Below are positions 25,659 to 40,300 of a stretch of 64,000 bases of DNA, one piece after another. Under the pieces are notes generated by a model. It was given only the letters and a program-made list of their open reading frames with translations. It ran no database searches and was not told where the DNA came from. A program made the translations under genes and the position numbers. Source of the DNA: the human T2T-CHM13v2.0 reference genome, Homo sapiens. Position 1 is the first letter of the stretch. Every line of letters starts with the position of its first letter. The DNA is taken from assembly GCF_009914755.1 (NCBI RefSeq), contig NC_060937.1. The stretch is one strand, 5' to 3'.

Positions 25659-26269
25659 GTTGGATAAACAGAAAGTCACAGAATGGAATTTACCACAGCA
25701 AATAAAAGAAGAAATACATTATTGTATCAGTGCATGACTAAATATCTAGCAGAATTCCATTTATTTTTATTGTTTTTAAAAGTATTTTTATCAAACTAAA
25801 ATTAGAAGGGAAATTTCTTATCCTGAAAAAAAAATCAGATGAAAGTTATATATAAAAAAAAAAGTGAAACTGTATTGGATATCATATATTGATGTTAATC
25901 TTATTTAACATCAAAAAACCCAAAGAAGCCTACCATTAGTACTCATAACTTCTATTCAACACAGTTCTGGCATGCCTCGCCAGTGAAATAAGAGAAAACG
26001 GAAATAAAAACACCTTCAGATTCTTCTATAGAAAAGAAAGGGGTAAGCATTAGAAATAAATAAAAGTCATTATTCACAAATAATATGGCAATGCACATGG
26101 AAAAGCCAAAGGATTTTTATATATAATTGTTAGAATTAGAAATAAAAAATAATATTAATAACATTTCCCTATTTGGGTAAGAAAAATTGATACTAAAATG
26201 AAATATAGCATATTAGAGCAAGAAATGTTAGCTTTGATAACAAACCACTATACAAAGCTCACTGGCTAC

Positions 26270-26514
26270 AGAATGAATAGGACCTAGAATTTGCTTGTTA
26301 TTGTAGTAAAAAATAATTTAATTGTACATTAAAATAAGTAAAAGAGTATAATTGCATTGTTTGTAACACACAGGATGAATGCTTGAGGTGAGGGATACTC
26401 CATTTACCCTGATGTGATTATTATGCATTGCATATCTGTATCAAAATATCTCACATTAACACATAAATATATACATCTACTATGTACCCACAAAATTTAA
26501 AAAGTAAAAAGAAA
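26270..26514 (+). mobile_element. 5'-truncated L1MA-type 3' end
   Basis: GAATGAATAGGACCTAG..GCTTGAGGTGAGGGATACTCCATTTACCCTGATGTGATTATTATGCATTG..TATGTACCCACAAAATTTAAAAA, flanked by duplicated CTCACTGGCTA. Confidence 0.85.
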
Positions 26515-27168
26515 TCTCACTGGCTAAACAAACAATAATAATTTATTTTCAGTCAGGACAATAGTTCAGTCAGGTGTTCCATGAGTAGTCTTGTAAGTTA
26601 TATTAATGGATCCTGCCTCTTTTTGCATCATGCAGCATCATCTTCAAAGACTTCCTCAGAATTCTCCACTCAACTTTTATATCCATTTAGCCAAAGAATA
26701 TAGAGAAAACCCAGAGATTGCTGTAATTGTTTAAGAATAAGCATGGAAGTGACATATATCACATTAAGGGGGCCTTGAAATTTTAATATTCCTATGTTCC
26801 CACAAAAATGAAAAGGTTTCCTGATTATCGATCTGGTTCTCCTACAATAATTGTTTGTATGTGTGTGTGAAAAGTGTCAATAATTTTTTTCTTTTTTCCA
26901 TATATAGAACTCACCAGCCACCTTCTTAAGGAAACATAAACAAACAAAAACAAAAAGTTTCAAATCCTACTGAAAGCAATGCATTCATTTCAGGGGCCAG
27001 GCTTTCCAGTTGATGTGGTTTCTTGTCTTTCAAGTATAGTCATGGTTCTTTGTGGAACAGAAATCTGTAAAATAAAAGTAAATTGTCCCCATTCCCTCTG
27101 CCCCACCCCCATACTTCCAAAATAGTGATTAAATAGGTACCAGGTAATGACAATGATTTTTCCCCTTC

Positions 27169-27921
27169 TGGGGAAGGGCGAATAATAAATCCTCAAGGTT
27201 GCCTATGTCCAGTTGGGCACAGTGGCTCATGCCTGCAATCTCAGCATTTTGGGGGGCCAAGGGGGGGGCAGATCATCTGAGGTCAGGAGTTCAAGACCAG
27301 CATGGCCAACATAGTGAAACTTCGTCTCTACTAAAAATACAAAAAATTAGCTAGGCATGATGGTGGGGGGCCTGTAATCCCAGCTACTTAGGAAGCTGAG
27401 GCAGGAAGATCACTTGAACCCAGGAGGTGGAGGTTGCAGTGAGCCAAGGTGGTGCCACTATACTCCAGCCTGTATGACAGAGTGAGACTCCATCTCAAAA
27501 ATAAAAAAAGAAAAAAAAAGTTGCCTATGTCCTAATTTCTAGAATACATAGTACAAAAAACCTTTAAAGTATGAATGAACTAATGATATTGAGAAAGGTG
27601 GACTCCATATAATCACAAGAATTCTTGTAAAAGGGACACAGAAGGTTCAGAAAAAGAGGGAAGATTATGTGAGAATGGAAGTCTAGAAAGAAAGGAAGAT
27701 ACTATGCTTCTGGTTTCGAAGATGGAAGAAGGTGCCACAAGCCAAGGAATGTAGGCAACACTTAGAAGTTGCAAAATGCAAGGAAACAAATTCTCTCTAG
27801 TCTTTGGAAGGAAGGAATGTGGCCCTGTGGAACCACTTTAGACTTCCAACTTCCAGAACTGTACGATAATAAATTTGTGTTCTTTTGTAATTTCTTACAG
27901 TGGCTATAAGAAACTAATACA
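27169..27921 (+). mobile_element. MLT1 (MaLR) LTR, MLT1C/D-like, interrupted by an Alu
   Basis: CCACAAGCCAAGGAATGTAGGC..GCAAGGAAACAAATTCTC..CCAGAACTGTACGATAATAAATTTGTG..GAAACTAATACA terminus. Confidence 0.85.
27211..27519 (+). mobile_element. Full-length AluS (Sx/Sz-like)
   Basis: Two arms and A tail. TSD GTTGCCTATGTCC at 27198-27210 and 27520-27532. Confidence 0.96.
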
Positions 27922-29390
27922 GATTTCTGGTAACTGGAATGGGGGGCTACTTAACAAATAATTAAAAATGCAGAAGTGGCTTTCATATTGGGTACTGCAT
28001 AGAGGCTAGAAGCATTTTTTTTTCTTTCTTTTCTTTTTCTTTTTTTTTTTTTTTTTTTGAGATGGAGTCTCGCTTTGTTGCCCAGGCTGGAGTGCAGTAG
28101 CGTGATCTCGGCTCACTGAAAACTCCACCTCCCGGGTTCACGCCATTCTCCTGCCTCAGCTTCCTGAGTAGCTGGGACTACAGGCACCCGCCACCATGCC
28201 CGGCTAATTTTTGTATTTTTAGTAGAGACGGGGTTTCACCACATTGGCCAGGATGGTCTCGATCTCTTGACCTCGTAATCCGCCCACCTCAGCCTCCCAA
28301 AGTGCTGGGATTACAGGCATGAGCCACCGTGCCTGGCCAGAGGTTAGAAGCATTTTAAATGGTATACCTTGAACAGACTGTTATTAGAAAATGAATATTA
28401 AATACTCTGCTGGAGATAGCTGAGAAGAAAGTGAGGAACACAGTAGAGGAAAGCAAGATTGTTTTTTAGAAAACCTAAATAATCAGAACCAGAATTTTGG
28501 TAGTTAATATGAAATCCTACTGTTGAGGGTGAGTACAAAGAGAATTATGTGGAGAAAACCTGTTAGAGAAAACCTAAATCATCAATAAAAGTGGTGCTGG
28601 TGAAGCCTCAGAAGCAATTGAAAAACATGTTGCTGGAAACTGGAGGAAAAAAGGATCCTCGTTGTATTGTGGCCAATCTTTGCTGAATTATGTCCTACAT
28701 TTATGTGGAAAACAAAACTTGTAAGCAATGAACTTGGATACAGAGCTTAGATCTTCTACAAATTTTAAAGATGTGTTCTGATTTCTCCTTGCTGTTTACA
28801 ATAAAATGAGAGAGAGAGAAAAGAATTGATAAATTGAGGGAAGAATGACTAAGTAAAACAAAACTGGAACTTGATAATTAGGGGAATTTTCAACCTATCC
28901 AGATTGAAGAAAATTTAAAATAAGAATATTCACTGTTTAAAAAGCATGCTTTAGAGAGATAACCAAGTATGTTACTGGACAACCTTTTTCTAGTGCTTCA
29001 GAAGGAATAAAAGGTCATAGCATTGAGTCACAAAGAAGGGTCTTTGAAGTGATTAGGCACATGATTCACTGATCTCATCAGTCACCTCGGCAGAAACCAA
29101 GAAAGAGAAGAAATTATCTTGAAAAGTCCTTTGGAAGAGCCCTCCTGTCTAATGGAGTGAGTCTCTGTGACTTACACAGGAGACCCATGAGATTCTTTGG
29201 AATGTTACAAGCATAAACAGGGCAGTTTGGACTGAAAAGGACAGAGGGAGAGCACGCTGGAAGAAGGCTGTTGGAACCTGAAAATTCAATAGTCATGTAA
29301 CTAGCTAATAAAACTATTAAGTCACAAACTGGTGCTAGCTATGTTCATGAAAAAGGAAGAATGTCTCAGAGAAGGGAGTCTTGGGCTAGC
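27922..29390 (+). mobile_element. MLT1 internal sequence (MaLR-int), interrupted by an Alu
   Basis: Directly follows the LTR terminus: GATTTCTGGTAACTGGAA..AAAAATGCAGAAGTGGCTTT..GAGGCTAGAAG and GGAAACTGGAGGAAAA..GATCCT, typical of MaLR internal regions. 3' boundary approximate. Confidence 0.75.
28015..28338 (-). mobile_element. Full-length Alu (AluSc/AluY-intermediate features)
   Basis: T-rich tail, then the antisense dimer ending GCCTGGCC. TSD AGAGG(C/T)TAGAAGCATTTT on both sides. Confidence 0.96.
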
Positions 29391-29399
29391 ATTGCGACA

Positions 29400-29634
29400 A
29401 AAAAATATATAGAATATACTATTCCTAGAAGCACACAAAGATAGTAAAATCTATAAATAAAATCAGGTGAATGATTAACAAAATTTAGGGTAGTTACTAA
29501 TTGTAAGGAACAGGTAAAAGGCCTTGGTGGTGGTACCTGAATGTGCATTTTGTTATTGTTCTTTAGCCTTTCCAAACATATTTTGTACTCACTCACACAC
29601 CCTTGCACATAACTGGGAAAGCAAAAGGAATGAA

Positions 29635-29683
<49 letters not shown>

Positions 29684-31280
29684 GAATTTATTAATGTAAA
29701 AAGAGATATAGTGTTACCTTAAAGAAAACAAACTGGGAAAATGCTTAGTAAACCTAAAAGGGAAAGAAAAAAAGAAAAAGAAAACTGGGATGGGAAAAAG
29801 CAAAAATACCCCAAATGTAAATAAAATGGGGCTAAAAAAGTAAACATGTAAAGAGGATTAAAAAGAACAATCAGGGATATTTTGTTTATCTTTGTGTCAA
29901 TAAATTGATAACCTGCATTATATTAATGATTTTTCTGTAAAACTACAAATAAACAAAGTCGACCTTGGAAATATGAACATGTCATTTACTGCATAAGGGA
30001 CTGGAAATATTTTCAAAGAATTACTCCCAGTCATTCTACAAATAAGACAACAATGAGAATTTTTCAGGTGAATTCTATAAAGATTTAAGTAATAGAAAAT
30101 TATTGACACTATTCTAGAGCACAGATTGGAAAAGGAAACCTCTTAATTTTATTTTACAAAAGTATATTCTCTACGATAGTGCTCATGCATGCATAAATGC
30201 ACACGTATTCACAAACTATTGACCAAATTCCTTTATGAATATCAATCCAAAATAATTCAAATAAAATATTAAAAATTTAGAATCTTGGAACACTTTGAAG
30301 ACTAATACACCATGACTAAGGAAGAGTATCTAGAAAGGTTCAATATTATGAACTCTATTAACACAATTCACCATATAAGTAGTTCAATTGTCATAGAATC
30401 TACACAGCTTTAGAAACAATACTTAATTTTGCCCAATATTATGCTGAACACCCTTCAAGTGTTTTCACAAAATTTTTTCAAATAAATAGTTCCCTAACAT
30501 AATTTTAAAACCAAAGCATACCATATTTAATGATAAAACAGTTCTATTAAATCAGGAATGAGAAAAGTAAAAGAAAATATAATTGGGAACTATAAGGCAA
30601 CATTGATATTTGAAGACTGTGTACATTTAAAACCCAAGAGAATAACTAAAAGCTATAAAAAATGTACTCAGTAATAGGACTAATTACAGAATTACTGTTA
30701 GATTATGTATGTATATAAAGAAAAACACACACACAAACATAAGAGATAACAACCAATATATTCTTGCAATTGAAAATGTTGGGAGAGGCTTATCTAGAAA
30801 TTGTAGTAATTATAAATCTTAAAAATTTCATTTCTAGAAATGAAACCTACAGATAACTCACAGAAATATGCTAGGCACAATTAGAAGACTATTTCTTGCA
30901 GCACTATTTTGAAGAGCAAACAATGGGAATCAATTTTTATTGATAAAAGACTGAGGAAGATCATTACAGTCCCAATCATATATGAGAATAGTATTCAACT
31001 GATTAAAAACTCTATCAAAATATACTGGTTTAGAATAACCTTAAAATTAATTCTTAAAAAAGCAAATAGTATGTGTAATATGCACTATTTATGCAGAACA
31101 AAATATCTGTTTCCATGAGTCTAGAACATTTCTTGAACTATACATACATATAAAAACTGTTAATTGTGCTCTTTTGGAATGAAGATTAATGTCGTATGGC
31201 AATGGGATAAGACTTAGAGTTATATGTATATTGTTTTGAATTGTTTAAGTTTCATCATGTTTGTCACTTTTCAACTCAAA
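29400..31280 (+). mobile_element. Highly degenerate sense L1 fragments (L1ME-like)
   Basis: A-rich sequence with L1 ORF2/3' phrases (CTTTATGAATATCAATCCAAAA, CACCATGACTAAG, TATTAAATCAGGAATGAG). Boundaries uncertain. Confidence 0.55.
29638..29680. repeat. (TA)n microsatellite
   Basis: Uninterrupted run of about 21 TA units. Confidence 0.97.
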
Positions 31281-31304
31281 AGTCATACTCCTATATAGGG
31301 ATAG

Positions 31305-31350
31305 AAGAATAGATGATGGATGGATGATTAGATAGATATATAGATAGATG
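31305..31350 (+). repeat. (GGAT)/(AGAT)n simple repeat
   Basis: GATGATGGATGGATGATTAGATAGATATATAGATAGATG. Confidence 0.75.
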
Positions 31351-31794
31351 GAACAAAATAAGTATAAGCTTTTTAGAAGACTACCTATGGAAATCATCTC
31401 ATTTAACAACCATCTTATTTGTCTCCTATTTTTTTCTATTTATTTTCTGGAAGAAACTAATTAGTTTTTTGTTTCTTATTTATCCAGACTTTCCTGCTTA
31501 CTACCTCCATGTACACATCACTCCTAGTAAATTATTGATAGTTCCTTGTATACTCAGCTTTCTCTTTCTTGAGTAGTCACCTAATTTGTTTCCAAGGGTA
31601 CATTTAGACTAATGTTAAACTTTATTTTATCTTACAGAACTCTGATTATCTGCACTGTAATCACAGAACAAAATTTTATTTGGCCTATACATTACAATCT
31701 CATGATCATTCCATCTATAACCATTGTTTACATAAAGTCCTAATTATTAGCCAATATATGAAGATTAGTAAGAATTGGAATGGTAAATTGACTT

Positions 31795-32440
31795 GGTCAT
31801 TTAACAAATATTTATTGGCAACTTACCATATATGCATGGCATTCTGCTGAGATAAGGAAATAAAAGAATGAAAAAAATTCCTACTCTCTAGGCTCATATT
31901 GAAGGAGGTAAATAAACACATACACAAACAATCTTAATGCAATGCATGCTACAAAGAAGACATGCACAGAGTATTAAGGGGCTCGCAAAAGAAAAGCCTA
32001 ACTGCATAAAAAGTAGTCATGGAAGCTTTTCAGAGACGTAACAGGCTGCAAGTGCACTGAAGAATCCTTTTGAATTTGCCTAATGTACAGAGAGAATAAA
32101 CTAGCTAAACTATTAAGTGTTAGTGAATGACAAGTTCAGCAAATAGCATTTAGCCCAGCATGCCTGAAAGAAGAGCATATGGCATGGGTGGAAAAGTGAT
32201 AAATCTTTAAGGTGAAGGGCCTTGTTAGATGTGCTTTAGTGTGCATTGTGCTACAAGCAGGGAAAACTGTTAAGTGAAATAAAAGTTTGGAGGACAGGGG
32301 GAAGAGTCATGACATAATCATATTATTGTTTTGAAAATATTCTGGCAGCAACATGGAAAACAATATAAAAAATGGACTGAAGCAAGGACAAGTCTGGAGT
32401 TGGGAGATACATTTTCCTGATATTGAGACAATTCTTTATA
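31795..32440 (-). mobile_element. L2 3' fragment
   Basis: CATTTAACAAATATTTATTGGCAACTTACCATAT..GGCATTCTGCTGAG (antisense L2 end), then a purine-rich body. Confidence 0.75.
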
Positions 32441-32508
32441 AAGGCTGGAAGGTAGAGTTACATATAAGAAGATGAAAGGTTGTAATACATAAGAATGTGG
32501 AGGCTTTG

Positions 32509-32811
32509 GGCCCGGCGCGGTGGCTCATGCCTGCAATCCCAGCACTTTGGGAGGTGAAGCAGGCGGGTCACTTGAGGCCAGGAGTTTGAGTTACCAATAC
32601 GGCAAAACCCTGTCTCTATTAAAAAAAAAATAAAAAAAACATTAGCTGAGTGTGGTGGCCCACGTTTGTAGTCCCAGCGACTCAGGAGGCTGAGGCAGGA
32701 GCATATCTCCTCAACACGGGAGGCGGAGGTTGCAGTCAGCTGAGATCGCACCACTGCACTCCAGCCTGAACGACAGAGTGAGACTGTGGCTCAGAAAAAA
32801 AAAAAAAAAAA
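32509..32811 (+). mobile_element. Alu, older (AluJ/early S-like), with a small left-arm deletion
   Basis: CACTTGAGGCCAGGAGTTTGAG pattern and A tail. TSD GT(G/A)GAGGCTTT. Confidence 0.93.
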
Positions 32812-33476
32812 GTAGAGGCTTTTAAGATCAACTAGTTCTGCCATTTAATCAATTTTAAATTATCCATACGCTGTCTCCAACAAGTGTTTATACAGCCTGT
32901 GTGAAAAGACCAGGAAAGCCAGAGGATTAACTCAGTACTTGCCTTGGTAACCTATTATGTTTTTTATATTTTGGACAATTCTCAATGTTACCAAATGTCA
33001 TTGTAGCCAAAGTAAGCATATTCATCTATTGCACCTTTTTTTTTAAATTTTTAATGATTAACAGCCCTATTTTTCCCTTTCCAACCTCAACCTTCAAAAC
33101 CACCCAGAGAGTGTGTTTTTATCCTCCTTGGACATCAGTTTCAACTTGCAAGGCTTTGGAATCAGTTTTCGCTTGTACAGTATATATGAATAATTAAGCT
33201 ACACAGAGCAGATATATTGATTAGGGTGGACCTGAATGTTATAATGAATTCTGACTTACTTGATTGAGTAGAATTTTGTGCTTTCTTATGAACTGTGTTA
33301 AATAAAATTAATGATTGAGTATAAGCCTCCTTTATATAACTCAAGACTTGTATTACATAAACACTTTTAAAACAAAAGAATAATATCATGTAGTTGAGAA
33401 AATCTAGATAATAAAGACTAAAATAAACTAAGGCCAATTAAAAAAAACAACAACATAATTTTAAGTTTAGAAATAT

Positions 33477-33621
33477 GTGTCCAACATAAAGTGTAAATAC
33501 AACTACATAAACTCAAATGCAGTACTTTTGAGTTTCAAACCACATGGTTTTAATCATAATGCCATATTTACTGAGTTGATAGAAGGTAAGAATCAGTATT
33601 AACAGAATTCCTTAACTTATT
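33477..33621 (+). repeat. Local duplication B, copy 1 (~145 bp; copy 2 at 34206-34347)
   Basis: GTGTCCAACATAAA.TGTAAATACAACTACATAAACT..GGTTTTAATCATAATGCCATATTTACTGAGT.GATAGAAGGTAAGAA..TTAACAGAATTCC is shared by both copies. Confidence 0.96.
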
Positions 33622-34205
33622 AATTTCTTATTAATTTTAAATTTTAAATTTTAAACTTGTTTTTCCATTATAGTCACATAAATAACATTGTGAAAAGCAC
33701 CATTTGAGATATAAAAATATATTTGTATAATAACTTTTATTGACAAGAGGATAATAAAAACCATGTTTTGAAAAAATAAATACTTGTCTCTGGAACCAAA
33801 ACATAAGTTGGTAACTTTGTAATGCTGCAGGTGTTAAATGTATATATGCAGTATGTGTATATGCATACAGATAGACACACACATATGTACCCGCATATAT
33901 GCATAGTGATTAGCATTGTGTTAAATATGTGATCTTCAATGTACTAAATGTAGAATCAGTTTTGCAGTACATTATCAACTCCTAGCTTTCAAGGCATCAT
34001 CTATCCCCAGTAATTTTGCCTATTCTACTGATATGATTCCCCATAGTAATTTTTCACCATATATATGCATTTCATTATTGATATCCACTTGTATTGATAC
34101 CTGTAAATAATTCTTCAGAATAAATTTTTCTAATTTAATCCCTATACTCCTCCCATGGGACAGGAATCTTACAAATACAGAAATTAAAGTTTCCAAGAGT
34201 TTAAA

Positions 34206-34769
<564 letters not shown>

Positions 34770-36206
34770 AGAAATGTTACTTTTAATTATAATGATAATA
34801 TCAAATTTCATTGGCAATAGCTGTAAAGATTACCACATTAAATCTGTTTCTGATAAACCGGTTTACTGTTAACATAAAAATATTACCCAATATATCATTG
34901 ATTATTATCAATATATATAAATTTCCATTATCAAAATGTATTTCATGGAAAATCTTATTTAGGGTAGATTTTAATTCTGGAAAAAAGTAATTATGTAACA
35001 AGGGCATGTATTACTATTCATTTGGTTATGAAAAATCTTAATGCCAAATTTAGTTTTACTTGAGAAAATACATTTGTCTATAAAACTCTGCATATTTTTG
35101 TTCTTTTTAAAACCTCATTGTCTTATTTATAGCCATGATATCTTTTACAAGTGGATTTTAAGTCATGTAAAATAGATCTCTGTGTAAAAGTATGTAGAAT
35201 AGATTATGATCTATGTAAATAATATGTATATGAACATTTAAAAAGTAAGAAAATCTGGATCTGAGAAACTGAGATATGTAAATTTTAAAATGTTCAAAAT
35301 GTAATTTTATATTTCTATACAATTTTAAAATATTCATATAAGCTTTTAATAATAGGTATCATATGGTCTTGAAAAATATGTCTTGTAGTAGTATACACAG
35401 TGAACAAGAAACTGCTATTCAGGAAAACTAAAATTGTTTTAGAATGTCATTTAAGGACAAAGTTTAATACAAAGTAACTTCATTCTTATGGGTATAATTA
35501 AAAGCCTATCAAAAAAGACCAAAAAAACAGTAGCTGAGAAATAAAAAGTGGTTAAAACCACGTAAACGGCAAATTTCTATATAACTTGCTTGGCATCCAA
35601 TTTTTGTTAAATATTTAATGTTTCTAGAATGAATGCCTGCTTTTACATCTGTCTTCTTGCTTTTCTCTATAGGAAAAGTGAAGCAGATGGGGACAGTGAG
35701 ACAATATAAAGATAATTCTTCTTCCTGAATGTGAATTCACTAAATAGAATTTTTGCAGCAGCAGTCATACACCATAGACAGAATGATAGTCCTATAATCT
35801 CACTATACATAGAGAACAGCTGTTTTATATATTGCATACTTTATTCCTTTTTTTATACATACATTACACACTGAAAACATACAAGACGATGTGCGTATAT
35901 GTCTGTGTATATATGTATGTATATTCATATGTATTTGTATATATTTTTGTTTCCAGATTTTTTCAATTAATATTTTGCCACAAGTACTTTCCACAATGTT
36001 TTATTATATCAATATTCATAACGAATTGAACTATAAATTATTAAACACTCATTTTTTTCATTTTTTTGCTTTTTAAATGTAAGATAAATAGTAATCTTTG
36101 TATCATACCTAAAGACATTGTTAATGTAAATAGCTAATATTTGATTAATCGAGGCCGTGAAAGTAATCAACATTTTAAGAGTCTTGACTCTTATGGAAAT
36201 TTGGCA

Positions 36207-36210
36207 TGTG

Positions 36211-36247
<37 letters not shown>

Positions 36248-36291
36248 ATGTATATCTATGTGTGTATATATGTGTGTGTGTGTATATATAT
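36207..36291. repeat. Compound (TA)n/(TG)n microsatellite
   Basis: Alternating TA and TG blocks. Confidence 0.93.
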
Positions 36292-37270
36292 AAAGAACAG
36301 TAGGAAAACCAATGAATCTCAGAAACAGGTGCAGTTTTGAAGATTTTATTTTGGATTGTAAGACTAAAATTGGTTGGTTGAAAATACATAGCATTCATAC
36401 AGATCACTTTAATATTTGTTAGTACATGAGTAAATGAACAAAGCATTAAAAGCTCAAAGACACAATGGATCCCAAAATTGAACACAAGCAATTATTGAAG
36501 CAAACAATGCATGCTAGATGGGGGTTTCTATTTCTATGATAGAATCCAATTTCCTTGGATATAACTTACTGCTGATTTTAAGACTCTTCAGGTGATATTA
36601 GAAGATAAAATATAACCCATTTAAAATAAAATGTTAGCTTGGGTATTCAAAAACCATTGTAAAACTACATAGCAATAAAGAAAGGTGATGGTTCCATCAC
36701 ATTTGCAATAATAAATTTATTTGGGCACAACTATAAGACATTGGGAAAATCCCTGTCCTTGTTCATTCTGCATATCCAAGTAAAAACACAAATCTGGCTT
36801 ACTTGAATATCTGTAATTTATATAGATATTAATTCTAAAAATATTAACAACTGTCCAACAGGCTAAGATACTCCACATTTTCATAAAAAATTCGTATGCC
36901 ATTATACTACTATTTCAAAATCACTAACAATGTACATTTTTTTACAGATACTTTAAAGTAAAAAAATTGTTCTAGAAATAAAGACTTCTACTTAAGAAGT
37001 GGGGATCTTATTCTAATGTTCCCGTGTAAGCTCACTCCCTGGCAACCTACTAAGCACCAAATTCCTATGAATAATTTACTCAGACTCCTAAAATATTATA
37101 TTCTTTAATTACAAATTAATGTCTGATAGAACTCAGTCCTTCGTCCACTTGTGCCGCTATTTGTAACAGTATTTCAGAACATAAACTCTCCTGGGAAATC
37201 TGCATCATAAAATTTTGGATCTTCAAAATTCATAGTAGACTTCTCAGGTAAGGGCAAGACTAAGGCATGT

Positions 37271-37300
<30 letters not shown>
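37271..37300 (+). repeat. (CA)n microsatellite
   Basis: CACATACACACACACACACACACACACACA. Confidence 0.93.
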
Positions 37301-37306
<6 letters not shown>

Positions 37307-40300
37307 AATCCCCTTACACTTAGAAGGAAAAAAAATTCTAAACATACTATATAAGGAACTTCACAATAACATCAGGCGATGCCTTGATTTAACTGATCAA
37401 ATAACATTTGTCCTCAATATATATTTAAGTACATTAAAAATGAAAATTTTGTAGGTATAAGTTATTATTCTCTCTAAAATTCTGGCCAGTTTTTCTTATA
37501 TTTCTCACCAAGAGAGAAAAACTTGGCAGCTACTTGTAGTTGGCTGTGGTATGCTAACCAAAAATCTTTGCTGATGCACAATTGCATTTAATTGTAATTA
37601 TGCATAAGGCACATCCACATAACCAAGCAAAGGGAGGAAGATGTTAGGAAGATATTACTACCTGTGGCTTCCTGACTCAGGGATCAGTTAAGAACATGCT
37701 TTATTTTGGTGTGGAGAAGATTCAACTCATCCTTCACCCCTATAAATGACCCATATTATCAAAGGATGCAAAGAGGTCTATCCATATGGGGGTATAAATT
37801 ATGCTTAGCATTTTAGGGGCCATATGAACGCTATGCTAGTGTTTTCTTAAGAAATCTTTTATGAGATTCGAATTACCCAAGCTTCAAATCCACTGATTTA
37901 TTTTTCAACATGGGTGAATTCTTTCCAGAAATGTCAAATTGCATCATTATAAATCCAACAAATATTATTAATTTCCCATTATGTCGGGGCACTTTATGTG
38001 AACAAAAAGATTAATAAACAATCACCCCTTCCCTGAAGGAGCTCAATGTAGAAGTGGATGATAGAAACTACACCATAATTACTAAAACAGTAGTGTTCTG
38101 TATCTGTTAACTAAGTCAACAGATAAGAAACAAACCTGGCCACTTAATGACTATGATCAAGAAAGCATTTATTTTGATCCAGAATTAATTACTTGATCTA
38201 TTTTTGATAAAAATTCACAGAACACAGTAACATTTTGATGTTTCCTACCCCATCCAATACCTTTCCTTTAGAAATGTCTCCATATAAATGGTACGCTAGG
38301 AAATATACTTTATTCTCTAGTCGTACTCTGAAGTAGCCATTCATGGTTCCTATGACTACTCTAGGATTCAAGTTCTCTTATCTGAAAATGAGAATGCAAA
38401 TCATTTCACAGATAAAAAGTGTGGCATCAATGCTACTTTTAAAAATCTCATGATTCATTAAAACACTTCATACTCACTGTACCCCAAACCTCTATTAGGT
38501 GCTTAAGTGCCTCCAAAGCTTTATCAGCTAGTACTCACATACCACTTACAGGAAACATTTGCACTGTGAAGGGTACATGTTCATGTAGTAAATGCCAAAT
38601 GTACAAAGCTTTAAATAATTACAACGTGCACACTTAAAACAGATCCCCATTCTCCGGCTGAGTTAAGTACTGCCAATTTTGAATGTGCACTTAACATCTG
38701 TACACATATTTTATCTGCAAAACTGACACAATTTCTAAATCACTTTTCACTGAGAGGTAACTAAAATAGAAAATACATAATAAAAAAAGAAAGCAATGGC
38801 ATGTAGTATATGTAATAACTATTAATTTAAATATAGGAGATAATACTATATGTCATGAATATTAGTGGATGTATATCTGATTGATTGTTTCAGTTAATAT
38901 GTTGAGTACTTTAACGAAGGAAGTAAAAACAGCAGTACAGAACCTCTGCTGGAAGTCAATACAAAACTTAAGCTGAGGTCATATCCAGTACCTAAGAAAA
39001 GAATGATTAAACTTCGTCAACACTTTAAAATGCCATCTCAAGACCAGTTTGAACTTTTCATGAATTAATGCATGCATACTACTAATTCACCTCTAGAGCT
39101 CTTCCAGATCTGAAGATTTTACTTTTAAGCTAAAATAGGAGAACTACTTAAATGATGAATCAATATGTTTCTATAGTCATAAAAGTAGTTTCAGTGCTCT
39201 TTCCAAGTATCGGCATCTATTAAGAAAGTATAGTATATTGAAATTGCTTTTTTCTCTTTGTATATAAAGAAGAGATTCAGTGAATCTTATCCTTTTGCCA
39301 TTAGATGAAAGACAGTTCACATATAATTAATGTGGACCCAACAAACTACTTATGTCTGAAGAATATTGTTCATATGGGAAAAAAGAGATTTGGAATAGTT
39401 ATACAAGTAACTGAGAAACAAATATGCAGTTTTTTAGGAAAAAATCTTGAAATCAATATGCAAAGCTTTTTTTAAAAAAAAATCTTGATTTCATTAATTT
39501 TTGAGACCGAATTTTCCAGTGCACTTGTATGTACTATGAAGATGATATTTTAGGATATGGGCTATATAATACTTTCATACCAATCATTCTGGTCCACAAT
39601 AAAATACTTTATTTCTACAAGATCCAAACTATCTATTTGGGTGCACAATTGGGTTTGTGTGACACAAATCATTGCAATGATCATCTACATTTTCTATACT
39701 CTATCATTTTATATAAATAACAAAAATATAATTTTATAACATTCAAGACTGAATTAAGAAATTATTTGCAAAATTTAAAATTTTAAGAAAAAAGAAAAAC
39801 TGAACAATTGCTACATATTACTTAAATATGTGTTATCCTCCTTTTCAGTTTAAATTACCTTAAAGAAACAATGCTATATAGTCAGCCATGTAGGTCTTTA
39901 GGTGTCTAGCTGATTTAGAGGTTTTAATAATCAAGTAAGTTAACATTACAGAGCAAGTGCCTATGACAGAAGGGAAAAGTTCTGTAAGATGTTAGATAAT
40001 CTCACAACATAAAACTTTAGTTTTTAAAAATCATTATTGGTCTTGCATATGATTCTTCTAATGTAAATGATCATGGAGTTGTTTTTACTCATTTGGTATC
40101 ATTTATGCTTTGTTCTTCAGGTGTTTTATGGAAACAACACAAGTATTTAGGTTTCCACTTTGTGCTGGGAACTTTCAAACTTTTTCTCCATCTACACTGT
40201 TTTCAGGAATTACAATTACATACTTCCATCTGTAACATTCTTCATTTACATAAGTTATTCTCAACAAGAGTGAATGTGGGTTGCTGTATGATTTAATATC

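Larger units (their letters stand above)
23400..26215 (+). mobile_element. Old L1 ORF1/ORF2 fragments interrupted by a MER58-like element and a solo LTR
   Basis: A-rich sense L1. ~25952-25996 translates LFNTVLACLASEIRE (compare L1 ORF2 LFNIVLEVLARAIRQ). ~26068 gives SLFTNNM (compare SLFADDM). Confidence 0.75.

Noticed and set aside
24909-25667. Cluster of overlapping ORFs up to 129 aa
   Set aside because: They lie inside a GC-rich LTR where stop codons are naturally sparse.
36009-36491. 160-aa minus-strand ORF (also 29366-29683, 35803-36076, 47287-47574)
   Set aside because: Open frames are sustained by TA/TG/CT microsatellites, giving YIYI/THTH/SLSL peptides.
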